NCBI GenBank assembly: GCA_951406725.2
Contig: OX597816.1
Span: forward strand, 144,956,001 to 145,020,000
From: Octopus vulgaris
Taxonomy: Eukaryota
Direction of reading: 5' to 3'
DNA: 64,000 nucleotides
Shown here: in pieces, positions 1 through 13,500 of the stretch
How the letters are laid out: the number at the start of each line of letters is the position of its first letter
Position numbering within the stretch: position 1 is the stretch's first letter
Made by a program: the position numbers and the translations under genes
The notes under the pieces: generated by a model
Database searches by the model: none
Seen by the model: the letters and a program-made list of their open reading frames with translations, nothing else
Told to the model about the DNA's origin: nothing

Positions 1-48
1 AAAAAGGAAAATATACACACTTTACATAGTTTTAATATAATTTTTAAT

Positions 49-83
49 ATATCGACCGGTTTCGCTTTCGCTATTCATGATAT
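49..83 (-). ncRNA. Minimal type-I hammerhead ribozyme, A3-U8 core variant
   Basis: Minus strand reads ATATC-ATGAATA-GC-GAAA-GC-GAAA-CCGG-TC-GATAT: stem I ATATC/GATAT, core AUGAAUA, 2-bp stem II with GAAA loop, GAAA, palindromic stem III ACCGGT, GUC site. Confidence 0.75.
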
Positions 84-155
84 TAAGGTTTACTTATTTA
101 ATTATGCATTTTCTTAAGAAGAAATTTTTGCCCATGTTGTGTATGATGATATTTA

Positions 156-210
<55 letters not shown>

Positions 211-211
<1 letters not shown>

Positions 212-363
212 TGAGGGCTTAGTGGTTAGGGTGTTGCCCTCACGATCACGAGAGAAAGTTGTGGCGAAAGAGTACAGCAGAGATCGCCCGGTCTGGGAAT
301 CGAAACCGCTTTCCCACGACCGCGAGTCCGCTGCCCTAACCACTGGGCCATTGCGCCTCCGCA
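211..363. mobile_element. Two tRNA-derived SINE heads in opposite orientation
   Basis: Plus strand GGCTTAGTGGTTAGGG (A-box-like) at about 216-231; minus strand TGGCCCAGTGGTTAGGG...GGTTTCGATTCCC (A and B boxes) from 363 leftwards. Confidence 0.65.
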
Positions 364-1133
364 CATGTACACACACACACACATACACACACATATATAC
401 ATATGAATATATAGATAAGATACATATATACATTTATATTTCTATTCATATATTAATGTATATGTATATTTAAATTTAAGTGTAAATGTGTATACGCAAA
501 CACACATACACAAACACATACACTCACACATACATACACACATATACACACGCATACATATGTATCTATGCATCTATGTCTGTGTGCGTATGCACATAGA
601 AATACTTGTCTTTATGCTTTATGTGGACATCTTCTTCTATGTTGTTCTCGCACTAGTAAATAATTAACCGCAAAATAGCCAATAAGACGCTGACATAATG
701 TATAGCAGAATGTACTGGTGAAAATAATTGCTTGCTAATGTATCAAAAGTTATGGCCAGCAAAACTACATAGATCTTCAACAGGGGATATAAAAAATACT
801 GTAATACGAGAAATAGCCCAGGTTCTAGACAAATAAATGTAAAATGTAAAATAACTTGTAGCTGCTCAGTTTAATGGGTCACACATACACACACTATGTG
901 TGTATACATGCATACATACATATATACATATATATATATGTATATATGTGTGTATCTGCGTGTGTGTGTACGTGTCTGTTTCATATATAAAAAGATAGAG
1001 TCAAGCATGAACTGAAGCAACACTCATTACATTTAAGTAGGGCATCACACTTACTTTAACGAGAAATGTTGTCAATAACTTCGCAGTTTCGGCTCAGTTA
1101 CTGTCGTCTAAAGCCTATATATGTATATGTATG

Positions 1134-1189
<56 letters not shown>

Positions 1190-1976
1190 TATAAATTTTT
1201 TATGTTCAGTTATAATGAAATCAATTTTATATTAATCTGATAGGTTACTCTATACTTTTGTAGAGTACAAATTTATTATTCTTAAACAGGTATACTATTG
1301 AAATATTTATAAATACATAGCCCACAAGTACTACCTCTATAAAACATAAGGGTTAACATTTCTACATACTAATCAAATTTCTTATAGAGCAATGAACACC
1401 TAGAGAAGAACATACAGACCAACAACCTTTACACCTATCCACATATTCCTGTAAACATCAAAGCACAAGATAATCTAATTTCTATACTAACAGTATAGAA
1501 ATTACTGATAGCTCCACCTTCCAAATAGAAACTGGAAATACTCTACATAGCAGCAAGTAAAGACGTTGACCAGTTAAGCGTACCACCTACTTACATTCTT
1601 TTATGAGCCCCCTCCCCCCCAAAAAAAAATCCATTAAAAAAAGATACACATAATTGCCAAGTTTTAAATACTGGGCTAAACTTTTAACCTTTGACCTTAA
1701 ATCCAATGAAACCCAAAATAACTAAAACTAGTAACACATCCTATACATGCATACCAAAAGCGACATACCTAATTATTCACATGTGCTTACAAAGTTCTAC
1801 AAACATGAATAAATTCTAAGCCATAACATAACCACAAAACTACTCTATAAAAATTTCTGCAAAACGCCACTCCATACCATCCCGCCTTAAAGCTTAACTA
1901 CCAACTACAGTCACACTCATATACCCAAAGATTTTAGCTCAACAGAGACTATATAAAACCAATAATAGATTTAATA

Positions 1977-2021
1977 ATAGTCCGAAGATGGCCTAAGTGG
2001 TCGAAACTTTGAAGTCACTGT
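1977..2021 (+). ncRNA. Hammerhead motif (U4>C) at the end of an A/C-rich PLE-like 3' region
   Basis: ATAGT-CCGAAGA-T-GGCC-TAAGT-GGTC-GAAA-CTTTGAAG-TC-ACTGT; stems I, II and III all pair; one extra nucleotide between A9 and stem II. Confidence 0.65.
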
Positions 2022-2069
2022 CAATAATATTGTTTAAGATTAGTAAATGCATATATGTATATATATATG

Positions 2070-2290
2070 CACAGTGCCGTCAAAATACAGAACCAGATGT
2101 TGCAATAGCTTTGGGTTCAAAGGCGCACAGCTCTTGAATATCCTCCTGAAGGAGATGAAGGACCTACATGTAGATGTAGACGTCTTCAAAACTAAACTAA
2201 TTCTTCTACTGCCAAGAATGCCAGCTGAGCCAACTTCATGATAGGAAGTGAGAATGAGGGAAGTAGTATCAAAACCCCTCATTCATTGAA
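2070..2290 (+). mobile_element. 3' fragment of a CR1/L2-type LINE ORF2
   Basis: Translation RTRCCNSFGFKGAQLLNILLKEMKDL..VFKTKLILLLPRMPAEP resembles the C-terminus of the LINE at 53702-55300 (FTSIGPALFNITPK..FKKSLDRFLQEIPDKP). Confidence 0.6.
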
Positions 2291-2423
2291 CGCCAATTAT
2301 TAAAGGAAGATTAATGAAGGTGTAGCAACACCAGCTACCGGTATCCCAACATGGCCACATCCCTGGAACTGTGTATATATATGAATATATGTATTTATGT
2401 ATAAATATGTAGATATACAAGAC

Positions 2424-2469
<46 letters not shown>

Positions 2470-2993
2470 AGAGAGAGAGAGAGTGACAGAAAGAGAGAGA
2501 AACAGAGAGGGTGGGGGTGAGAAAGATAAACAAATATAAAGTTCTGATAGAGTACAGAATGGCATATCAATAATGGTGAACATGACAAATTAGAAATAAT
2601 TAAGGTAAGTTTCTTAGTTTCTTTATATTCAGGTATAAAAGGAATTTGATTTTCCTAAAAAAATGAAATATTGCTTAATTCATTTGATATATGTATTGTA
2701 TTTTTCGGCAGACAAGTTAACATTTTTTAGACCATAATTTACAGCAAAACAAAAAGGCAGGTCGACTTATACACCAAGACGTCTTTGGAGGATCAAAAAT
2801 CTCATGTGAAATGCAGCAGGATTTGGAAAGGTAGTGACTATATTTGAATATTTACTACATTACATGTTTACATTTTACTTTACGTCGATTTTTATGGAGG
2901 AAAATGTGATACATCTAATGTCTAACACACAATCAGTGCGTATATGTGTGTATGAATACATGAGTCCGTGCTTGCGTGTACGTGAGTGTAGGC

Positions 2994-3237
<244 letters not shown>

Positions 3238-3331
3238 AAGAGTGCTAGAGAGAAAGATAAAAAAGATTGGGAGTTTGGTAGACAGATACAGGTTGATATG
3301 TGTATGCACATACATACATACATACATACAT

Positions 3332-3547
3332 GCGGCGAAATGACAGAAACGTTAGCGCGCCGGGCGAAATGCTGCGTTATGTTTTGAGTTCAAATTCCAC
3401 CGAGGTCGACTTTGCCTTTCATCCTTTCGGGGTCGATAAATTAAGAACCAGTTACGCACTGGGGACGAGGTAATCGATTTAATCCCTTTGTCTGTCCTTG
3501 TGTGTCCCCTCTATGTTTAGCCCCTTGTGGGTAGTAAAGAAATAAGA
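3332..3547 (+). mobile_element. tRNA-derived SINE
   Basis: B-box-like GAGTTCAAATTCC followed by GAGGTCGACTTTGCCTTTCATCCTTTCGGGGTCGATA, a block shared with the copy at 48859-49073 and, decayed, 17548-17680. Confidence 0.8.
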
Positions 3548-3634
3548 TACATATATGCATGCATGCATACATACATACATTCATATATATGCATCTACGT
3601 ACATATATACATGCATTTATATATATATGTGTAT

Positions 3635-3676
<42 letters not shown>

Positions 3677-3730
3677 TTTTTCTTCTGTAGTTTCAGCACA
3701 GATCTGCGGCCATGCTGATGCACCGCCGTT

Positions 3731-4354
3731 AGGCAATTCGTTGCTAAACCCTTAATTGCTTAGTATTACTTAAATTTTCCTCGAATGAGGCTTTTACATG
3801 CCGAAATCTACTTGGTGTAATTAATAATTATTCCAAATTAATTAATTTCACCCTATATTGTTACTGATAACCATATTTCATCCCAGTAAATGACCACAGC
3901 ATCTTGTCTTGGCTACACGCGGGTGGGAAGGGGCTGGTGACACAAACTTTCATTCACACTTTGAATTTGGTGATACTGGTAACGGATTTTAGCTCGCTCT
4001 GATACTGAGTTGAGATGATGCCTTCTAGTATCTCGAAATTTAATATACAATTATTCATAATTGTAGTGTCCTACGCTGATGAGAAAAGAAGTTGGGTAAG
4101 ATATAATTATCTAATTCTTATGCTTTCCTAAAACTTAATTTCCAAACGTACGTCCGTAGGTGACTTAAAATTGTATGATAGATTGCCGTCATTTCATTCT
4201 CTCTTACCTGTCTGTGTTTGCCTTTCAAGTGCTGTGTTTTTACTGAGATCTCCCTTTTAGTAGAAAGAATAGCTATAACTCTTTGACTGCTATTTCTAAA
4301 TTCGGTGTGTGGTGAGGCAATTCGTTGCTAAACCCTTAATTGCTTAGTATTACT
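3731..4354 (+). mobile_element. ORF-less 584-bp unit with 40-bp terminal direct repeat and internal hammerhead (retrozyme/pLTR-like)
   Basis: AGGCAATTCGTTGCTAAACCCTTAATTGCTTAGTATTACT at 3731-3770 and 4315-4354; ends next to (TA)n. Confidence 0.7.
4070..4160 (+). ncRNA. Type-I hammerhead with long stem II, G12>C
   Basis: CCTACG-CTGATGA-[60-nt stem II region]-CAAA-CGTACG-TC-CGTAGG; perfect 6-bp stem I, palindromic ACGTACGT stem III. Confidence 0.75.
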
Positions 4355-4356
4355 AC

Positions 4357-4418
<62 letters not shown>

Positions 4419-4916
4419 TGTGTGTGTATGTGTGTATAGGCTGACGATATATTTTCTTCTGAAAAGCTTCTTTTCAGGATGCAGCCTTGGCCATGTATTT
4501 TTTTTTTATTCAAGGCCAGAAGTGGACGATATAGAAAAACATTTTCTCTGCATCACAAATATTTTTCAAGGAAAGAGAAGGGTTGTATCAATGTCGCCGC
4601 AGGGAATTCAGAATTTATAGTGTCGAAATAATAGCACAAACATTTTGTTCAACTCGCGAAAACTTGTGAGTTTATTTTTTGCCCCAGGATTGATGAAGGG
4701 CAAATGTGACCGCAAGTTATCCCAACTCATAACGTTTAGCGTCGAAAAAAAAACCCAATGCAGTTTCTCTGATGCATTAACGATTCTGCTATTTCATCAC
4801 CATGTTTGTGTATATAAATATATAAGCACGCACGCACATATATGCGTATGCCTGTGCATGCATGTATGTGTGTATATGAAACACAAACATGCACACAAAC
4901 ATTGTATATATGACAT

Positions 4917-5075
4917 TGTTCAGTTTTATTTCAATATTTCTTGCCAATAGAGAAAGAGCCGGTTTCTAACCTAGATCCAAGTCTCTTTTATTGGAATTTC
5001 AACACCAACAACTGGGTATTTTTATTTGAATGTATGATGTATATGTGCAGATTTGTATGTTTTGCTTTATGTCTG
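4917..5075 (-). mobile_element. 3' UTR fragment of the R4/Dong-like element also seen at 26071-26600
   Basis: CAGTTTTATTTCAA.ATTTCTTGCCAATAGAGAAA...GATCCAAG..TC.TT.ATTGGAATTT shared between the two loci. Confidence 0.6.
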
Positions 5076-6159
5076 TCTGTAGGTATATATGTATTGTATG
5101 TATGTATGTATGCATACATGTATGTGTGCATACGTGTATGTATGTAAATGTGTACATATTCCGTATGCGCATACAGAATATGTACTTATTGCACACGAGC
5201 ATGCAGACACACACATACATACGCATGTATATACACGCATATAGATTTGTATGTATACATATATACGTGGGCACACGCATTCATATATATGAGTGTAGGT
5301 GTGTATGAACAAAAAGTCAAGAATAGATTTTGATAAAGATGATATAAATGTAAAAGAAATCAATATAAAATATAATAGACTCTCTATACAAAAGGAATAT
5401 AAAGAGAGACTATACAGATACGATCTACAAATATCCTGCCTGCAAGAATTTATTGGCGAATCTTTGTGGCAATTTCAAATTCAAAGTCGTAAGACGTCCA
5501 GTAAATTACTATATCAAAAACATAGAACACGTTTCTCTTACAGATAATCTTCGATTGCTAGTAACAATATAATTTATCAATAGTATGAGAATTATAGATA
5601 TTTCGCACAAACACACGCATCAACACAAGCAAGCACACATGAGCACGTTCATGCATAAGGACATACATACGTGCATACTAACATACCTTCACATTCCGTC
5701 TTCATTTCTTATCCCTTTCCTATGTCTCTTTCCTTCTCAGTCGCTCTCTCTTCTTTCTCTTTGTATCTCTACATCTGCTCTTCTTCCTACCTTAGGCACA
5801 TAATCTTTTGCTTTCTGATACGTTGTAAATCACTATCTTTCACATAGACATTAACCTCTTTCTGAATCATGAACATACTTTCTGTTCTTCTGTTTCTCTC
5901 TTTCTATGTTTGTCTAACTTTCTCTGCTTCTCGCTCCTCCTGACTTCTTGTATTCCCTCTTTTTCGCTCTCTCTCTCTCTCTTTCGCCCTCTCTCTCTCT
6001 GTCGATACATAGATAGGTAAATACATTCGTTAACACGCAGAGAAAGCTTTTTAGAAGAAAACCAGTTTGTGCACGTTGCTTCTTTGTGTATGCATATGTA
6101 GATGCATACAGACATATCTATATGTATGTATACACATATATACCTCATCAATGTATATA

Positions 6160-6725
6160 TGTATATGCACACACACACACACACACACGCACATACTCAT
6201 ACTCATACACATACACACACATACACAACCACATACACACACATGCTCATACACACATATGCATACACACACGCGCATACTCATACACACACGCACATAC
6301 ACACGCGCATATACTCATACACTTACTCGTAGACACACATACACACATACACATACACACACGCACATACTCCTGCACACACACACATTCACACATACAC
6401 ACACATGCACATGCTCATACACACATACCCACACACACGCACATACTCATACACACATACACACACACGCACTTGCTCATACACACACGCACATACATAC
6501 GAACATGATCAAACACACAGACATACACGCAATGCTCATACACACACATACATACTCAGACATACATACACATACGCACATACACACGTACACACATATT
6601 CATACACTTACTCGTACACACACATACACACAGACGCACATACTCATGCACATACGCACATACAAACACATACACACACACGCACATGCTCATACACACA
6701 TACCTACACACATGCACATGCTCAT

Positions 6726-6758
<33 letters not shown>

Positions 6759-7400
6759 CACATACACACACGCACATACTCATACACACACACACACATA
6801 TATCTTGTATCTTTTCTTTAGAATACGGCTACGCTGGAATACCACCTTGAAAACATTTTAGTCGGATGAATCGAACCCAATACTTCTTTTAAAGCCTAGA
6901 ATTTATTCTATTATATATAATGTTGTGTCTGGGGAGGGTCATTCTCTTTTGATGCCTTATGATTTAACACACTCACCGGTAAAATTTCCACTTATTTCTT
7001 TTTTATTTTTCTAAAATTTTCGTTGCGTCTTGCAACCTTTTTAATTGTCGTTGACTCTGCCTATTACTCACACTGCGTTCCTTTTTGTTTGTTTGTGCGC
7101 ATGTGTGGATCAGTATGTGCGTGTGTGCCTATACATGCATGCATGTTTGTATGTATGCTTGTGTGTGTATGCATGTATGTGTGTGTGTGGATATGTGTCT
7201 ATCTATGTGTGTGCATTTGTATGTATGTATTCTGCATATTCATGTGTTTGCTTGTCCGTGTTTGTGTGTTTTTATGTATGTGCGCGTATGTGTATGTGTG
7301 TGTGTTTGTATATGTGTGTGGGTACCTCTGTTTCCTTGTGTGTGCATGTCTGAGTGTGTGTGTTTGTATGTGTGTGTGTGTGTTTTGCAACTATGTACCG
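6160..7400. repeat. Complex (CA)-rich then (TG)-rich degenerate microsatellite blocks
   Basis: CACATA/CACACG/CTCATA mixed units at about 6160-6800 and TG-rich units at about 7090-7400; source of the HTHT/VCVC ORFs. Confidence 0.9.
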
Positions 7401-7590
7401 TATTTGTATGTATGGATGTGCATCTCCATATGTGTGGAAATATACATAGTAGATATCATACCTCAATACCTACAGCTTACACAGGTAGAGCAGAATAGTG
7501 AGTGGGTTGTTATGTAGATAGATGTATGGACGTATGTGTGTGTGTATGTATATATATATATATACATGTATATATATATATATATATACA

Positions 7591-8559
7591 TTAATTAAAA
7601 AAATTAACCTTAAAATAGAAACAGACATTTTTTACAAAGCCACAGACGCCAAACAATACCTTCTTTTTAATTCATGCCACCCAAGACACACTAAAACAAA
7701 CATCCCCTTCAACCTTGCAAGAAGGATATGCACAATAGTGTCAGAACAAAATACCAGGAACTTTAGACTGCAAGAACTCAAAAACACCCTAATTGACAGA
7801 CATTACCCAGCTCAACTCATAGAGGATGGGATCAGACGTGCAACAGAAATCAACATAGAAACTTTAAGAAAAGTTCAACACAACAACACACCTTCCCCGA
7901 AAATACTACCTTACATATCCACATACAACCCCAGAAACAAAGAAGCCTTCACCATCATCACCCAGAATTTACCAATACTTCATAAGGACCCCAAATTAAA
8001 GGAAATTCTAAACATACACCAAATCATTAAAAGCTACAAACAACCTAAATCACTTAAAAAGATTCTCACAAAGGCAAAATTGTTTTCTGAAATTACGGAT
8101 GCAAAAGTAAAAAGATGTGGTAGACCGAACTGTGCAACATGTCCAAACCTGCTAGAAGGATCAGAATTCCTCTTCAAAGAGGGACAGAAATTCAAGATCA
8201 AATCTAATTTTACTTGTGCCTCTGAAAATATAATTTATGTCATAAAATGCTCGGGCTGCCAGCTAGACTACGTGGGGTCCACGGGACTATCTCTCAGACG
8301 TAGATGCACACTGCATCGACAACAGATTGCATTCCCAGAATACAGAATGATACCCTTTAGTGACCACATTGAGAAATGCGCAAAGGAACTACTACCACAA
8401 TTTTTAATCTTTCCATTTTACCAATGTGCTATCGGAACACCAGCACAAATTAGACTAAACAAGGAAACATTCTTCATTGAAAAGTACAAGCCCAAACTTA
8501 ACCATTCCCACATACTTTTACAGAGAAATTCACTCCAAAAGAAAGGCAAAAAATTTTAA
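7591..8559 (+). CDS. PLE ORF fragment: RT thumb + GIY-YIG endonuclease
   Basis: TDIFYKATD..YL..SCHP, CGRPNCATC, NIIYVIKCSGC..YVGST...RRRC..H, E..FI....P.LN. The ORF-track N-terminus (7522-7590) is microsatellite. Confidence 0.9.
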   Translation, partial: LIKKINLKIETDIFYKATDAKQYLLFNSCHPRHTKTNIPFNLARRICTIVSEQNTRNFRLQELKNTLIDRHYPAQLIEDGIRRATEINIETLRKVQHNNTPSPKILPYISTYNPRNKEAFTIITQNLPILHKDPKLKEILNIHQIIKSYKQPKSLKKILTKAKLFSEITDAKVKRCGRPNCATCPNLLEGSEFLFKEGQKFKIKSNFTCASENIIYVIKCSGCQLDYVGSTGLSLRRRCTLHRQQIAFPEYRMIPFSDHIEKCAKELLPQFLIFPFYQCAIGTPAQIRLNKETFFIEKYKPKLNHSHILLQRNSLQKKGKKF

Positions 8560-8668
8560 GCGATTATCTCCCTTACACAGGAAGAAATCACTTATTACCT
8601 CCCCTTATCTGGAACTCTTCTCAACATAAACATAACGATAACTCTTCTCAACGTAAACATAACGATAT

Positions 8669-8708
8669 AAGAAATTTGAAAAGCTGAACGCGAAACCGGT
8701 CATTTCTT
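8669..8708 (+). ncRNA. Minimal type-I hammerhead ribozyme, U3-A8 core variant
   Basis: AAGAAAT-TTGAAAA-GC-TGAAC-GC-GAAA-CCGG-TC-ATTTCTT; perfect 7-bp stem I, ACCGGT palindromic stem III, GUC site at 8699-8701; about 110 nt after the PLE stop codon. Confidence 0.85.
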
Positions 8709-8841
8709 CTAAACTATGTCATTGTAAGAAAAAAATTTATAACATTCTTCAGACATATTGACTCAAATATATATTTTTTAACCTTTTAAAACAAGCCTTC
8801 TGTAGTTTTTTCACTTTTTACTATTTTCTATATATATATAC

Positions 8842-8954
<113 letters not shown>

Positions 8955-9012
8955 AATATATATATATGTGTATGTATATGTATGTATGTATGTATGTGTG
9001 TGTGTATGTGTG

Positions 9013-9056
<44 letters not shown>

Positions 9057-10387
9057 AGCAGATATAAGCAGATAACTAAATAGTAGTTTTCTATTTGATA
9101 AGTATTCTTCATCTCTCTCTCTCTCTATCTATCTATATGATTGTCTGACTGCCCGTTTTTATGTCAGTTATAAAATAGATTGTTGTCTGTTATGCAATGT
9201 CAATCAATGCAAAATAGACTTCAGATGTATATTGAGAAAGAATAATATGCAATAGCTACAACAGGGTACGAATTACCGATGTAATATGCATTACCTTTCA
9301 CACTGTCATTCAGGTATTACTGAAGTGCGAGAATAACTCAACTATGTCCGAACAAATGACAAAAATGCATACATGGGCATGAATTAATCTAGTTTCGATG
9401 GCTTGTGGCATAAGAGAAAGGAAATAGCTATAAATGTAAACTGAATCAGGGTTGTTAAAATGAATTGTCTTTAAGACACAATATCGCTATCATTATTGGG
9501 TTGTTGTTCATGTCTAAAGAATAATAAGTGAGTCAATAAACGCAACTTTCAAACCGAATGATCAACAGGCACTGCTAGGATATCGATGTATGAATGGAAT
9601 GACTCTATAGTTATGAAAATTCACATAGCTTCTGTTTTCAGCTGAAGAGCTCATTGGGAATACATAACACAGAAGCGAACACGAGTTCTTTATTCAAGTA
9701 TATTATTTATCAGTATTTGTATCTCCTAAAGTAGGTTTCCTCGTTAGGGCCTACAGCAGATGGTTATAGTGCAATACTCCCGGGAAATGACCATGAGCGC
9801 GCACACACACAGATGCACACATACAAAATACACAATCTATCTATTGGCTGAGTCAATAATGCACTATGAATTACAACTATTGATTAAAACGAGCTATTTC
9901 CCCTTTTATCGGTATTACAACATTCTTCGAATTAGTAAGATGTATTGCATTTCTATATAGATCCTTAAAGTACTTTAGGTTTTCTTTTAAACGTTATTCC
10001 TATGTGTCACACCGTATTCAGTCTTCACACGGATCGTCTTAGCGAATACTACCATCAAAACTGATCGTCAACCGTATTAATGTCGGCAGTTTGAATTAAT
10101 TTTGAAGGCTATAGTTGCGCCTCCTTCAACAGCCGATTCATACGACAGGTGAAAGGAAGAACCGCTTATGTGGTAAAATTGATCTGCTAGAAATGGTAAC
10201 TATATCCTCTTTTATAACACATCCATCTTTTTTTTTATTAATGCCGTTTTGGATACAATATGTCTGAAAAGAAAAAAAAAACGATATCATCGAGATGATC
10301 AAGGCTCCAATGCCTTTAATCATAGGTCCTGTTTGATCAGAGATAGCTTGGAGCTAAACAGCAGCAACAAAAAGAACAACAAAAATT

Positions 10388-10439
<52 letters not shown>

Positions 10440-10533
10440 CAACCACCACCACCACCATCATCATCCTCCTCCTCCTCATCATCATCATCATCATCATCAA
10501 CAGCAGTAACAATAAGAAAAGCAACAACAAAAT

Positions 10534-10591
<58 letters not shown>
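10388..10591. repeat. (CAT)n/(CAC)n/(CTA)n trinucleotide arrays
   Basis: Directly visible; explains the poly-His ORF. Confidence 0.95.
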
Positions 10592-10593
<2 letters not shown>

Positions 10594-13500
10594 AATTAAT
10601 TAGTTAACGACTTGATGGTTATTCCAGAATTCAATTGACTAATGGTTTCAAATTTATGAAAGAGGATTGCAAATGAATGACTCTCATATTTCCCTGAAGG
10701 CATTGGTGTTGTAATGAAATGTGTTGTAGTCAAATTAATATTGCTTCCGGATTGCAATCTTCACTTTGTGGCAGCTTATACCTTGCTCCATGGCAGTCTC
10801 TACATGAGTAGAACTATTGCTGGTTTCTTGTTGCAAGGTAGGTTTCCATATGTTAGGAGATATTAAGTGATTTATGCATTTTACAAGAATATTGAAGTTA
10901 AAGTGCATTGATATCAATCGGAAATTGAAACCACGTTGTAATGCTAATAAGTAGGTCATTCACTCAACTCTGCAGCTCTTAGAACAACTGTAATCATTAA
11001 TAAAAAATGAGGATATTGGAAACGTAGAAAAGGTAGTGCTTAACTTTGTTCCTTTACATTCTCTAACTTCAAATCTCACCAAAGTTAAGCTTGTTTTTCA
11101 TTACTCTTGAATAGATAACATTAAGTACTAATCAACTATCGGATGTAGATTTATATCAACTCTATTCCTTTCTGACAAATTTGTGTTCTTTTGTCAAAGT
11201 TATAAATCAATATCAAGAGATTATTATGACTAACGAAAGAAGTCAATTAAATAAGCGTTGTCACGTAGTTTATTAATTCAATGAGATACGTGCTTTTGTA
11301 TTTTCTAAGCAGAAATGTCGAATGTTGCGGCTGTTTTCAGCAGTAAACTGTACCTCCAATTGATTTTATTTCTAGCTTTCTGTCCAGTTCCACCGTTAAT
11401 TAGTTGTGCTGGATCTAGATACAATTATACATCAATGGCAGATTAGAAAAAGAAAACTGAATCTGTGGCTGATAAATAAGTATAGTGTCCTCTCGACCAG
11501 CTTTAATTCTTAATGACACATCCTTGACATACAGTTCAATTCTTTAACATAAAATCAGCAGTTGAAGATGAGAACTACATCAAATTAAATAGCCCCAGCA
11601 GGTTACCAGCTTACTAGTGTCGCTAGCAAATTCACCGATGTCATGGTCAAAATCTGTCTGGGCTGAATGCCGAAAAGTCAATCTAAAAACTTGAAGTCAT
11701 TAAATATAATATTTTGCTGTATTTGTTAGCACGATCGTTCGATATACATTATTCAATACTAATTTGAAGAAAATCGTTAACATTTCTCAAGTTATATTTT
11801 AGGATAATCTTGTATGCTGGTTCTAGATTTTCTATAGAAGAATTTACAACAAATGAGTTGGATGATGTATTTTTGAATGTGCAGGATGTCAAAGTAACCA
11901 AAATACAAAAGTAAAAGCAATGAATACGAATCTATTTTAATGAATAAAATATGTTGACATAATATTGGACCGACGCAAAGCAATTCTGTAGTATTTCCAA
12001 AATAGAAAATATATAGTGTTCAGAAGTTCGTTACGAGTGACTAACAAAAAGGAAATTGTCAGGAATTATTCGATGGGAAGGAACACGCTGCCATGTTCTT
12101 TATGCAAATAGGTCGTACCTGAAAAAAAAAAAATCTCAATATCAACAACACTTGTTTTTCATCTGATTGATCTGAAATACTGACAAGTATTCACAGTGTT
12201 ATTAAAGTATCTTTCTTCGCTTAACCTTCCCTGAAATTGCTGTTTTTATAATTACAGATAAAGCCGTACTCGTGGGTAATGTCCATAGAAAGCTATAACT
12301 TTTGGCGGATTGTCATTGGGTTAGTATACAAGGTAATTGTTAAATACACTCAACAGAGTATTTGAATATGTTCTTTGACATTTTGCGTTCAAATCCTGGC
12401 TAGCCCAATTCTGTCTTACATGTTTCGGTTTGCTAAAATAATTGAACTCCAATTCCTCTGGTTGAGCTATTTGATTAACAGTATCTCCAATTAGAATTTC
12501 ATACTTAAGACAGAAACCATTGAATACATTTAAAATGAATGGAAAGAGAATGTTACGCACAAGATTTGATTCGAGATAATTAAACCGAAACTTCTTTGGG
12601 AGAAAATAGGGTTTTAATGAAATTCAAATAGCTTTCTTCCAATTCCCGTTTTATTTACAGATGTATGTAATATGTCAGAAAGAAAAATATACTTTGTTGC
12701 AAATATGCAATTATATAATGCATATATATGTATGCCTTTTCAGTGGCGTTCACATAAGTAACTTCATCGACTGTAATAAATCCTCATCGATTATAATACA
12801 TGAAGTTTTCTAAACGTCTTCTATTACGATAAAATACAAAAGCGCATACATATAGATTGCAGTATGAGCTATACTATAGCAAAGTAATTAAATCAATCGA
12901 TAGTCCACAGGCAGATTAATATTCCGTTCGGCCATCGCTAGAAAAAGAATTAGTCAGATATTACAGGTCAATAGAATTTCGACAAGACTTTTAAGATTAG
13001 TTAAGATTCTTTATCAATTCGACAAAACACATTAGGTTGCTATCTAGCTCGGTTACATGAAATAGATCATGATGTCTGGTTTGTAAAATAACATGTTTAT
13101 GTTCATTTTTGTGGAAAGCAACAGCAGAAGGTTACATTTCTTGAGAAGAATCTAAGAGAAACACTCAGAAGAGATGTGTAACACTTACAGTATCCAACAA
13201 TCAAATATGTGAAATAGAAAAAAATTCTAGAGACGGTTCAACTATAGAAAATATCTACCATGTGTATATTAGTGTAAGTGCTTCGGCCTTAACTCTAAGG
13301 AAAATCGATCACATTCAGATTATGGCTCCTTGATACCCTTTTGGCTGCCATATTTTCTGCCACAGTTTGGGGTCCAACTTGAACCTTTCAGAGTGTTTAG
13401 GTGTCTCAAAGCCAATTCACATTTGTGGTAGATTTGTAACCTCCTCATTATCAGATATCACATGTAAGTATGGGAAATTATGCCTTTGGAATTCAATTTA

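Larger units (their letters stand above)
7591..8828 (+). mobile_element. Penelope-like retroelement, 5'-truncated copy 1 (probably Neptune-type)
   Basis: RT thumb, Cys-rich linker and C-terminal GIY-YIG, then 3' UTR with hammerhead; flanked by (TA)n on both sides; near-identical inverted copy at 31524-33010. Confidence 0.92.

Noticed and set aside
6067-7517. Long ORFs (264 aa HTHT-rich, 164 aa VCVC-rich) and similar IYIY, YLSI and MYVC ORFs throughout the window
   Set aside because: They are translations of stop-free microsatellites and are open in several frames on both strands.
9640-9690. CTGAAGA-GCT..AGC-GAAC, and similarly CTGAAGG..GAAA at about 61136-61180
   Set aside because: Stem I and stem III do not pair convincingly; within chance expectation.
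10249-10509. Poly-histidine ORF
   Set aside because: A (CAT)n array next to a (CTA)n array, with no coding context or splice support.
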